Assembly (NCBI GenBank): GCA_028288705.1
Contig: JAQBNH010000003.1
Span: forward strand, 238,655-302,654
Length of the DNA: 64,000 nucleotides
Direction of reading: 5' to 3'
Source of the DNA: Ferruginibacter sp.
GTDB lineage: Bacteria; Bacteroidota; Bacteroidia; Chitinophagales; Chitinophagaceae
This document shows, piece by piece, positions 30,079-37,939 of this stretch (position 1 is the stretch's first letter; each line of letters begins with the position of its first letter). The notes beneath the pieces were generated by a model. That model ran no database searches, was not told the DNA's origin, and saw only the letters and a program-made list of their open reading frames with translations. Position numbers and translations under genes: made by a program.

Positions 30079-31131
30079 ATGAAATTTGAAGCAGTTACGA
30101 TAAAAGATATTGCCAAGGCATTAGGCATTTCCACTTCTACTGTTTCAAGGGCTTTAAGGGATAGTTACGAGATCAGCCCGGAGACAAAACAACTGGTATT
30201 GGATTGTGCTGAAACCCTTAATTACCGCCCCAACCCTATTGCACTAAGCCTGAAAGAAAGACGCAGTCGTTCCATCGGAGTAGTGGTTTGCGAGATCGCC
30301 AATAGCTTTTTCTCACAAGTGATCAACGGCATAGAGTCCATCGCATATGATAAGGGTTACAATGTTATCATTTCCCAAAGTCATGAATCGTATGAGCGCG
30401 AAATGATGGACCTTCATTACCTGTCATCGCGATCAGTTGACGGGTTGCTGATCTCCCTGTCTACAGAAACAAATGATATCAGTCACCTGCAGGCGCTCCA
30501 CCAAAAAGGTTTACCAATCGTCATGTTTGACCGCATTTCTGATGAGATCCAGACGCACTGCGTTGTTGCAGATAATTTTAAAGGGGCGTATGAAGCTACG
30601 GAACATTTGATCCAGCGAGGTTATAAAAAAATTGCCGCCATCGCGAATTCGGAGTTCCTTTCCATTACAACTGAAAGGCTGGCAGGCTACAAAGAAGCAT
30701 TGCATACTTACGGTCATAAATACAACAACGCTTATGTTAAACATTGCTTCTATGGAGGTATGGTTTTTTCTGAAATTGAAGAAGCAGTCAACAAATTATT
30801 TACCCTGAAGCAACGGCCGGATGCCATCATCACCACCAGTGATAAACTTACGACCGGTTGTCTGAAAACCCTTGTCAGACGAGGGATCCGTGTTCCCGAA
30901 GATATTGCCCTGGTTGGTTTTTCAAATTCAGACCTGGCAGAATTACTGAATCCACCTCTTACCGTCCTGCGTCAGCCCGCGATGGAAATGGGCCGTGATG
31001 CAACGGAACTTTTATTGCAGCTGATCGAAAGCAAACGCCCCATCACACAGTTTGAAAAACGTGTGCTCAGTCCTGAACTTATTCTCGGGCATTCATCGGT
31101 TCCGCAACCCGATCTTCAACTGATCAAATGA
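30079..31131 (+). CDS. LacI-family transcriptional regulator of the pectin locus (UxaR/KdgR-like)
   Basis: TIKDIAKALGISTSTVSRAL HTH, YRPNPIA hinge, sugar-binding domain; divergent from susC. Confidence 0.92.
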   Translation: MKFEAVTIKDIAKALGISTSTVSRALRDSYEISPETKQLVLDCAETLNYRPNPIALSLKERRSRSIGVVVCEIANSFFSQVINGIESIAYDKGYNVIISQSHESYEREMMDLHYLSSRSVDGLLISLSTETNDISHLQALHQKGLPIVMFDRISDEIQTHCVVADNFKGAYEATEHLIQRGYKKIAAIANSEFLSITTERLAGYKEALHTYGHKYNNAYVKHCFYGGMVFSEIEEAVNKLFTLKQRPDAIITTSDKLTTGCLKTLVRRGIRVPEDIALVGFSNSDLAELLNPPLTVLRQPAMEMGRDATELLLQLIESKRPITQFEKRVLSPELILGHSSVPQPDLQLIK

Positions 31132-31589
31132 CGATAAAGGAGGAAATTTGCAAAGCAAGTCAGCAATTGCTGGCCAGCCGTATTGAGCACCTTAAACTTA
31201 AAGCTGCCGATCTTTTTAACAGCGCAGCTAACGAAACGAAAAGTACCGCCGGCGACAAACATGAAACAGCATTAGCGCTTTTACAGATCGAACAGGAAAA
31301 TACCCGGCAACAATTGCGCGTATTGGAAGAGCAGCAGGTATTGCTTGAAAAGATCGATCCGCAGATCCACACGAATGAAGTAAGGTTCGGAACTGTCGTA
31401 CAAACGACTAAAGGAATTTATTTCATTTCCTGCGCGCTGGGAAAAGTCGTGTTCGAAAATATTTCTTTTACGGCGATTTCGCTGCAATCACCATTGGGCA
31501 TGGCGCTCGCAGGAAAAAAGAAAGGAGCAGACATAAGCATCAATGGAAATCTACACGAGATCATCGCTATAGACATGATCAATTTTTGA
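31128..31589 (+). CDS. GreA/GreB-like protein
   Basis: N-terminal coiled coil with tip ETKSTAGDKHET; C-terminal V.FGTVV...ISLQSPLG.AL.GKK.G as in the Gre C-domain; ATGA overlap with lacI. Confidence 0.7.
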   Translation: MTIKEEICKASQQLLASRIEHLKLKAADLFNSAANETKSTAGDKHETALALLQIEQENTRQQLRVLEEQQVLLEKIDPQIHTNEVRFGTVVQTTKGIYFISCALGKVVFENISFTAISLQSPLGMALAGKKKGADISINGNLHEIIAIDMINF

Positions 31590-32520
31590 GGCGTACGCGA
31601 AACAAAGTAGACTCTCCATTATCGTTATCAGCGACCAGCAATAGTTCTACTGACGTTGCATCTTCGGAAAGAATACAGGCGGATTCTATTTTTTGTCCTG
31701 CAAAAGCCGCGTCAGTTTTTTGGAGATCAATCACCCGCGAAGGATTGATGGCGGTAATGCGTTTGCGTGACGAAATATCATTTACGATCCACAGGAAACT
31801 TCTGCCGATCGCGCCGTCACCATGTGAGCTGTACGTGTCTTCTGTAGTAACTGTAATGAATAGACGATCACTTCGAAAAGAATATGCCAGCCCCGAAATA
31901 CCTTCAAACAGTGCCGTGTCTTTATTGGTCCCGATCTTTACAACATCAATTTGCGCGCTGTCCTGCCGCTTCCAAAAATCGGGCGTTGTAAAGATCAGTT
32001 GATTTTTGGGCTGGCTTTTATTGCCACGATTCGCCAAAACGAGCGCACCCGTGATGGCCGTCGCACCTTCGATATTGATTTGCGGCAACTGTTGCTGCAA
32101 CCGGTTATAAAAACTGTCCAGCAGCAGCGGTTCTTTTTCACCCGTGGCGGGATCGATCAGCCAGCCGCGGTTACGGAAAGGTGGTAAGGACCCGGATCCG
32201 GCAAGGAATAATTTCGGTGTCTTTCCGTCGTATACCAGGGCTATCGCCTCCAGGTCTTCTTTCAGATCTTTTGCGATCCGCCGTTCCGTGCCTTCGTATA
32301 ACCGGATGCTGTCGGTTTGTTTTAAGGAAGTATCCCCCACCCAACAATACCGCGCATCGTCACCTACCAGGAAAATCTTTCCTTTAAAAAATTCCATTCC
32401 CGATCCCGACGGATAATCGGTCAGCTTTTTTGTTTCCAGCAATATAAAATCAGGAGAAGAACATGCTTCCAGCATCAGCAAAAGAATAAGAACAAAAAAA
32501 AACAACGGATTCTTTGGCAT
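31579..32520 (-). CDS. DUF6929-like beta-propeller lipoprotein
   Basis: LEAC lipobox; YPSGSG.E, LVGDD, D.EA, NIEGA, LVADND. Confidence 0.6.
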   Translation of the reverse strand: MPKNPLFFFVLILLLMLEACSSPDFILLETKKLTDYPSGSGMEFFKGKIFLVGDDARYCWVGDTSLKQTDSIRLYEGTERRIAKDLKEDLEAIALVYDGKTPKLFLAGSGSLPPFRNRGWLIDPATGEKEPLLLDSFYNRLQQQLPQINIEGATAITGALVLANRGNKSQPKNQLIFTTPDFWKRQDSAQIDVVKIGTNKDTALFEGISGLAYSFRSDRLFITVTTEDTYSSHGDGAIGRSFLWIVNDISSRKRITAINPSRVIDLQKTDAAFAGQKIESACILSEDATSVELLLVADNDNGESTLFRVRLKN

Positions 32521-32525
32521 AAGCC

Positions 32526-32783
32526 TTAACCTTTTAGCTTTTCCACGAGGGCGATATATTCATTCATGGCGCTTTCACTGGTCATACCTTTCTGCGCAGT
32601 CCAGGCTTCATACTTTGCCTTGTTCACAAAATCAAATGGATTGGAAGGGGGGTCAGCACTAACGTCTCCTTCAGTTGCCTGTTTGTAAAATGAATACAAT
32701 TGTAATAAAGTGTCGTTGCTTGGTTTCTGAGAAAGATCTTTACTATTTGATACGGCCTGTTCAAATTGTTCCTTGAGTTCCAT
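32526..32783 (-). CDS. Acyl-CoA-binding protein (ACBP)
   Basis: LLQLYSFYKQATEGD, KAKYEAW, AMNEYIALVEKL. Confidence 0.88.
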   Translation of the reverse strand: MELKEQFEQAVSNSKDLSQKPSNDTLLQLYSFYKQATEGDVSADPPSNPFDFVNKAKYEAWTAQKGMTSESAMNEYIALVEKLKG

Positions 32784-32899
32784 GTGTGTTGTTTAGAATA
32801 AGTAATACGTAGGGCATAAAAATAATGTTTACGATGCCGCCACCGAAATTTTGTTTTACCATCCCAATAATTTAAATAGATATTCACATTTTCTGGCGA

Positions 32900-32914
32900 T
32901 GGCATAGAAATTGT
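32900..32914 (+). promoter_or_regulatory. Candidate sigma-54 (-24/-12) promoter upstream of the DUF4382 gene
   Basis: TGGCAT-AGAAA-TTGT vs consensus TGGCAC-N5-TTGC. Confidence 0.35.
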
Positions 32915-33104
32915 CAATACGCAGGCGGTCGAAACCCCGTGCAGTTAAGCGTTTGAGGCTTGCTACGATAACCGGCCCGCTTACTACCCCTAATAATTAC
33001 CTGATACAGCCAACCACAAAACAAGACATATAGAAATAAGTTTACCTGCTGTTTTTCCATGATCCTATGATCTGGCGTATTCATTAATTATTAAACCACA
33101 TAAC

Positions 33105-33992
33105 ATGAAAAATTTCCTGAAGCAGGCCTGCTTGCCCGTTGCACTTGCGTTACTCGTCACAGGCTTCTCCGCCTGCCAGAAAGAAACTTCCCTTTCCGAC
33201 GAAAATCCTGAAGGTAAACAACGCGTAATGGTTTACCTCAATGATGATCCTGTAGTTGATTTTACAAAAGTTTTGGTCGATATCCGGTATGTAGAAGTGA
33301 AAGTTGATTCGTCCGGGCACGGTCGGGGCCGCGATGATGATCACCACGACGGCGATCATGATGATGACGATGATAACCATGGCCATGATAACTACGGTCA
33401 ATGGGATACAATTGCTATTGCTCCCGGTGTGTACGATCTATTACAATTGCGCAACGGGGTGGATACTTTAATAGGAAATGGTTTTACTTACGCCGGCCGC
33501 ATCACAAAAATCCGTTTCACGTTGGGCGATAGCAACCGTGTTTTTACGGACAGTACACATTCTGCTCCTCTAAGTATCTGCGATGGTCGTCATTATGTAT
33601 ATGCTAAGGTAAAATCTGATGCGATCGATACACTTGGGAATGGCCAGGTTCGTATCAATGTAGATTTTGATGTCACTAAATCTATTCAGCGAAGCGGCGG
33701 TCAGCTCTGCCTGAAACCCCAGCTAAAAGCCTATTGTGGCCACAACAGCGGAGAACTGGAAGGCAAAATATTCCCTGCAGAAGCAAGGCCGTTGATCAAA
33801 GTTTATAATGCTAACGATACCGCGTATGCAGTTCCGTTCGGTAATGGCAAATATAAAATCAAGGGGCTGGCAGAAGGCATTTATACGATGTTCGTTGATG
33901 CGCGCTCGCCATATGCTGATACCACGATCAGCAATATCCAGGTTCGCCGCGGCCGTGACACAGAAATTCCAACTATCACCTTACATCATTAA
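33105..33992 (+). CDS. DUF4382 lipoprotein with His/Asp-rich insert and C-terminal carboxypeptidase-regulatory-like domain
   Basis: Lipobox FSAC; VYLNDDP, VYDLLQLRNG, VDFDVTKSI, LKPQL. Confidence 0.75.
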   Translation: MKNFLKQACLPVALALLVTGFSACQKETSLSDENPEGKQRVMVYLNDDPVVDFTKVLVDIRYVEVKVDSSGHGRGRDDDHHDGDHDDDDDNHGHDNYGQWDTIAIAPGVYDLLQLRNGVDTLIGNGFTYAGRITKIRFTLGDSNRVFTDSTHSAPLSICDGRHYVYAKVKSDAIDTLGNGQVRINVDFDVTKSIQRSGGQLCLKPQLKAYCGHNSGELEGKIFPAEARPLIKVYNANDTAYAVPFGNGKYKIKGLAEGIYTMFVDARSPYADTTISNIQVRRGRDTEIPTITLHH

Positions 33993-34023
33993 GTTATTCT
34001 TCGGATACCAATGAAACACCACG

Positions 34024-34055
34024 ATACAGGGACATACTGATGTCCCTGTATTTTT
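34024..34055 (+). terminator. Terminator after the DUF4382 gene
   Basis: Perfect 12-bp stem ATACAGGGACAT/ATGTCCCTGTAT, 4-nt loop, T-run. Confidence 0.8.
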
Positions 34056-34091
34056 AACAATCGCAAGAAGCCCGTTTTAATTCCAATAATT

Positions 34092-34343
34092 ATGAGAAAC
34101 CAACCACAGGTGATTATTTCACCGAGCGAACTCCCTGTAAACAGCAGCCTCACTGTGCGCAGTACCGATGAACCCTTTGCCGACGCAGGTTACATGATCA
34201 CGGATGAGGTCGGACGCGTTGTGCGCAAAGGTGCGATCTGCCGAGGCATATCAGAGTTTAAATTAAGCATGGTAGGATTAGCTACAGGTGCCTACCGGTT
34301 TACCATGGGCGCTGTACAGGAAAAGTTTGTGATATTATCCTGA
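34092..34343 (+). CDS. Small protein resembling an isolated T9SS C-terminal sorting domain
   Basis: 83 aa; ITDEVGRVV, LSMVGLATGAYRF, QEKFVI parallel CTD motifs; no signal peptide. Confidence 0.55.
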   Translation: MRNQPQVIISPSELPVNSSLTVRSTDEPFADAGYMITDEVGRVVRKGAICRGISEFKLSMVGLATGAYRFTMGAVQEKFVILS

Positions 34344-34394
34344 TGATGATCCCGGATCGATTTGTTACCGCGATTGATTAATTTTGACCGCTCA

Positions 34395-34922
34395 ATGAAT
34401 GAAGTGGTTACAGACAGAGAATTTATTGCAGCAAAGGCAGAAGAAAGAGCGACCGAACATGACTTGTTCAGGGAATTCCTGGACAAGTTTGACGGGTCAG
34501 AACTGGATGCAACCGTGCATCGGCTAAACGAAATAATTACGCCGCAGATCGATTGCACCCAATGCGGTGCCTGCTGTAAAACACTGATGATAAATGTGAC
34601 AGAGCCGGAGGCCGAACGCCTGGCCGGCACGTTGCATCAATCTACAGATCAGTTTAAAGAAAACTACATTGAGACCAGCCTCCAGGGACAGATGGTCATC
34701 AATAGTATCCCCTGCGTTTTCCTTTCGGGAACTGTATGTTCTATCTATACCGATCGTTTTGAAGAATGCCGGCAGTTTCCGCATTTGCACAAGGATAATT
34801 TTAAGACGAGATATTTCGGCACCCTTATGCATTATGGACGCTGCCCGATCATCTTTAATGTTATCGAAGCGTTGAAAACAGCAACCGGGTTTAAAACAAC
34901 CGCGGATTTTTCAGACCCGTAA
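34395..34922 (+). CDS. YkgJ-family cysteine-cluster (Fe-S/Zn) protein
   Basis: CTQCGACC, CVFL...CSIY..R.EECRQFP. Confidence 0.8.
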   Translation: MNEVVTDREFIAAKAEERATEHDLFREFLDKFDGSELDATVHRLNEIITPQIDCTQCGACCKTLMINVTEPEAERLAGTLHQSTDQFKENYIETSLQGQMVINSIPCVFLSGTVCSIYTDRFEECRQFPHLHKDNFKTRYFGTLMHYGRCPIIFNVIEALKTATGFKTTADFSDP

Positions 34923-34952
34923 TTATTGAATAGCTTCGGCAAAAATCTGCTG

Positions 34953-35738
34953 ATGAATTTAGATCTGACTGGTAAAACAGCCATTGTTTGCGGAAGCACG
35001 CAAGGCCTTGGATTAGCCTCTGCCAAAGAACTGGCGCTATTAGGCTGCACTGTTTATTTGATGGCCCGGAACGAAGAAAAACTCCGCGAAGCCGTTGCGC
35101 AACTTCAACCCGCCAATATCGAACATGGATATATAGTTGCTGACTTCAATGATCCTGAAAATGTTCAGACGGCCATCAACGAATTTATTGCCACCCATGG
35201 CGCTATTAATATTCTGATCAACAATACCGGGGGGCCTGCAGGCGGAACTGCACTCGCAGCGGGCAAAGATGAATTTCTCCAGGCGTTCAACAGTCATCTT
35301 ATCTGTAACCATATCCTCGTTCAGGCCCTGGTGTCCGGTATGAAAAATTCAGGGTATGGACGCATCATCAACATCATTTCCACATCCGTTAAACAACCCA
35401 TCCCGGGTCTTGGCGTAAGCAATACTGTTCGGGCAGCTGTGGCCAATTGGAGTAAAACACTCGCAACGGAACTCGGTGCATTTGGCATCACAGTGAATAA
35501 CGTGTTGCCAGGTTTTACTAACACTGTTCGTGCAGATTATGTGATCAGGAAGAAAATGGATGAAAGCGGAAAATCCGAGGCCGAGGTAATGACGAGCCTT
35601 GTTGCGGAAATTCCTGCCAGGCGGATCGGGCAACCGGAAGAGTTTGGCGCCGCGGTCGCCTTCCTTTGTTCACCTGCTGCAGGTTATATTAATGGAATCA
35701 ATTTGCCGGTTGACGGCGGCCGCCTGGGCTGCCTGTAA
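34953..35738 (+). CDS. SDR family oxidoreductase
   Basis: CGSTQGLG, NNTGGP, S..VKQP...L..SN..R, NNVLPG, GINLPVDGG. Confidence 0.85.
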   Translation: MNLDLTGKTAIVCGSTQGLGLASAKELALLGCTVYLMARNEEKLREAVAQLQPANIEHGYIVADFNDPENVQTAINEFIATHGAINILINNTGGPAGGTALAAGKDEFLQAFNSHLICNHILVQALVSGMKNSGYGRIINIISTSVKQPIPGLGVSNTVRAAVANWSKTLATELGAFGITVNNVLPGFTNTVRADYVIRKKMDESGKSEAEVMTSLVAEIPARRIGQPEEFGAAVAFLCSPAAGYINGINLPVDGGRLGCL

Positions 35739-35770
35739 ACTTTTACTTGCAAATCTTACATTCGTAGCAT

Positions 35771-35778
35771 TATATTTG
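35771..35778 (+). promoter_or_regulatory. -7 promoter box of the BON/SH3 pair
   Basis: TATATTTG 35 nt before the ATG. Confidence 0.5.
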
Positions 35779-35813
35779 AGTCGTAACATCTTTTATCACC
35801 AAAAACAAATCAA

Positions 35814-36302
35814 ATGAAAATGCTCAGATTATTACCGGCACTCGTACTTGTTGCCGGATTAAGTTTCACCGGATGCAAGCCGAAAGATTCAGATATCAAG
35901 GCATCGGTCGAAAAAAGTTTGAAAGAAAATCCAGCTACCTCCTCGGTGATGGTGATGGTAAACGATGGAGTTGCAACGCTTAGCGGGGAAGTTGCGGATG
36001 CTGCAGCTCAGTCGGAAAGTGCTGCTAAAGCAACAGCGACCAAAGGTGTAAAATCAGTTGTAAATAATGTAACAGTAGCCGCACCTGTTATGGCGCCGGC
36101 GCCTGTAACTATTACTGCCGATGATCCCTTGACAAACAGTGTTCGTGATGCTACTAAAGATTACCCAACTGTTACTGCTACCGTTGCTGATGGCGTGATC
36201 ACATTGAACGGCACGATTGCAAAAGCATCGCTGCCAAAATTGATGATGGCGTTAAACAGCCTGCAACCGAAGAAAGTGGATAATAAATTAACCGTAAAAT
36301 AA
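35814..36302 (+). CDS. BON-domain lipoprotein (two BON-like repeats)
   Basis: Lipobox FTGC; V.V.DGVATLSGEV, GVKSVVNNVTV; second repeat VADGVITLNG. Confidence 0.85.
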   Translation: MKMLRLLPALVLVAGLSFTGCKPKDSDIKASVEKSLKENPATSSVMVMVNDGVATLSGEVADAAAQSESAAKATATKGVKSVVNNVTVAAPVMAPAPVTITADDPLTNSVRDATKDYPTVTATVADGVITLNGTIAKASLPKLMMALNSLQPKKVDNKLTVK

Positions 36303-36320
36303 ATAAGGAGGAATCAAATT

Positions 36321-36740
36321 ATGGCATTACAAGATAAATATAAAGGCCTGACAGATGCAGCAACTGCGGCAGGTGTTTCCGACCTGCAGGTTCGCGAACA
36401 GGATGGCGTTCTCTACATCGACGGAACTGCTCCAAGCGGCGCGGTGAAAGATCAGCTTTGGACAAAGTATGGTGAAATAGATCCCAATTTTGCTGGTGGC
36501 GATGTGGTAATGAATGTAAAAGTGGCCATGGATGCGGCCGTTACAAAGGTGAAAGTAACCACAGAAAGCAGCAATCTGAATATTCGCAAAGGACCAGGAA
36601 CAGACCAGCCGATCGTCGGCAAAGCTGCGCACGGTGAAACAATCACATTAGTAAGTAAAAGCAACGACCAGTGGTGGCTTGTTCGCACCGATGATGGTGA
36701 AGAAGGTTATGCTTATGCGCAATACCTTTCTGCAGAATAA
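36321..36740 (+). CDS. BON-like N-domain + bacterial SH3 (SH3b) protein
   Basis: LQVREQDGVLYIDG N-domain; LNIRKGPGT...VGKA..GE, WWLVRTDDGEEGYAYAQYL. Confidence 0.8.
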   Translation: MALQDKYKGLTDAATAAGVSDLQVREQDGVLYIDGTAPSGAVKDQLWTKYGEIDPNFAGGDVVMNVKVAMDAAVTKVKVTTESSNLNIRKGPGTDQPIVGKAAHGETITLVSKSNDQWWLVRTDDGEEGYAYAQYLSAE

Positions 36741-36758
36741 ATTTTTATTTTTTTTAAG

Positions 36759-36785
36759 GCCACCAATTGTTGGTGGCTTTTTTTA
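36759..36785. terminator. Terminator between the SH3 gene and hutG
   Basis: GCCACCAA/TTGGTGGC stem followed by a T-run. Confidence 0.7.
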
Positions 36786-36795
36786 TGGCCTGGAA

Positions 36796-37848
36796 TTAAT
36801 CGGCAGTATTGGCCTTGATAAAATCACTTACGAGATAACTGATGAGTTTGGCAGTGAAGTCATCCTTGGTTCCATCCGCAAGCTGGCAGGCCCCTTCGCA
36901 AATGTGCAGGTAAGCGACTTTAGCATCCGTTGCAGCAAAATTGATATACTGGCGTGCGTGCAGAGCAGTGAAACCACTTGGTGTGGCGGCACTACATAAC
37001 ACTTGTTCGATACAATCGAGATCGAGTTCGATACCTGTGTGAGTATCTTCTGTAAAGCCCGTCGCATGGGCAATCGCCTGGATAAAGTTCTTGCGCTCAT
37101 GAATAAAGATATCCTCGTAGCTCGTGTATTGTATAAATGGATTTGCATGAATATCTGTGAGGACATTTTGCGGAATGTAATTTTCGTGCAATCCAACAAC
37201 GCAATATTTCCCCATATACCCATCGGTTTCTGCGTAGCGAAAACCATTTCCGCTATGGCGCCCTTCCATACTCCTGTAATCGGTGTGGGCATCGAGGTTA
37301 ATGCAATTGATCTGCGCCAGCGGCAACACATCTGCTTTATATAAACCTTTTGAAACGCCTTTAATGATCGGGTAACAATTGTTATGTCCGCCCCCGATGA
37401 TGATCGGGATCTTTTTGCTGGCGGCGATTGTTTTCATCATTTGTTCCACTTCTTCGTCGATGATATTTACGGCGTGACGGTAAGCATCTATTAGTTCATC
37501 ACGGTTATACGCATTATGCTCGATCAGGTATTTCAAGTCGCCAAAATCAAAGTGGCCCAATAAAAGCAAATCATCACCAGTTAAAAAATCATTACTTTGA
37601 ATATTCAGAAAGGCATTCAGGAAGGGATGCCAGGTGGTATCGGCGCCGCCAATTCCGAGGTTTGCTTTTACACCAATATCTTCAGGAATGCCCACCAGTA
37701 CATATTTTGCAGTAGACTGCTGCAGCACTTCCGGCCACTCAGAATCATTTTTCAACGTTTGTACGCGCTCTCCTATCTTGGTTTCAAAACGCCTGACTTT
37801 TGTTAGTGACAAGACATCTGATTTGCTGTAGAACTTGAAATGCTTCAT
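36796..37848 (-). CDS. hutG: Formimidoylglutamase (ureohydrolase family)
   Basis: GIPEDIGVKAN.G, GGGHNN, NLDAHTD, RHSGNGF, LDLD; hutI nearby. Confidence 0.8.
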   Translation of the reverse strand: MKHFKFYSKSDVLSLTKVRRFETKIGERVQTLKNDSEWPEVLQQSTAKYVLVGIPEDIGVKANLGIGGADTTWHPFLNAFLNIQSNDFLTGDDLLLLGHFDFGDLKYLIEHNAYNRDELIDAYRHAVNIIDEEVEQMMKTIAASKKIPIIIGGGHNNCYPIIKGVSKGLYKADVLPLAQINCINLDAHTDYRSMEGRHSGNGFRYAETDGYMGKYCVVGLHENYIPQNVLTDIHANPFIQYTSYEDIFIHERKNFIQAIAHATGFTEDTHTGIELDLDCIEQVLCSAATPSGFTALHARQYINFAATDAKVAYLHICEGACQLADGTKDDFTAKLISYLVSDFIKANTAD

Positions 37849-37939
37849 ATGGATTGATTTAAGGAAAAGCAGTTTAGCATACTCAATGTAGTTAATGCCC
37901 GTTAGTTTATCAAGTTTTTACGGCCTAAATAAAAACGCA

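Noticed and set aside
34953-35738. SDR as the missing KduD of the pectin pathway
   Set aside because: It is outside the locus, has no operator copy upstream, and its motifs (CGSTQGLG, NNTGGP, S..VKQP) do not look like KduD
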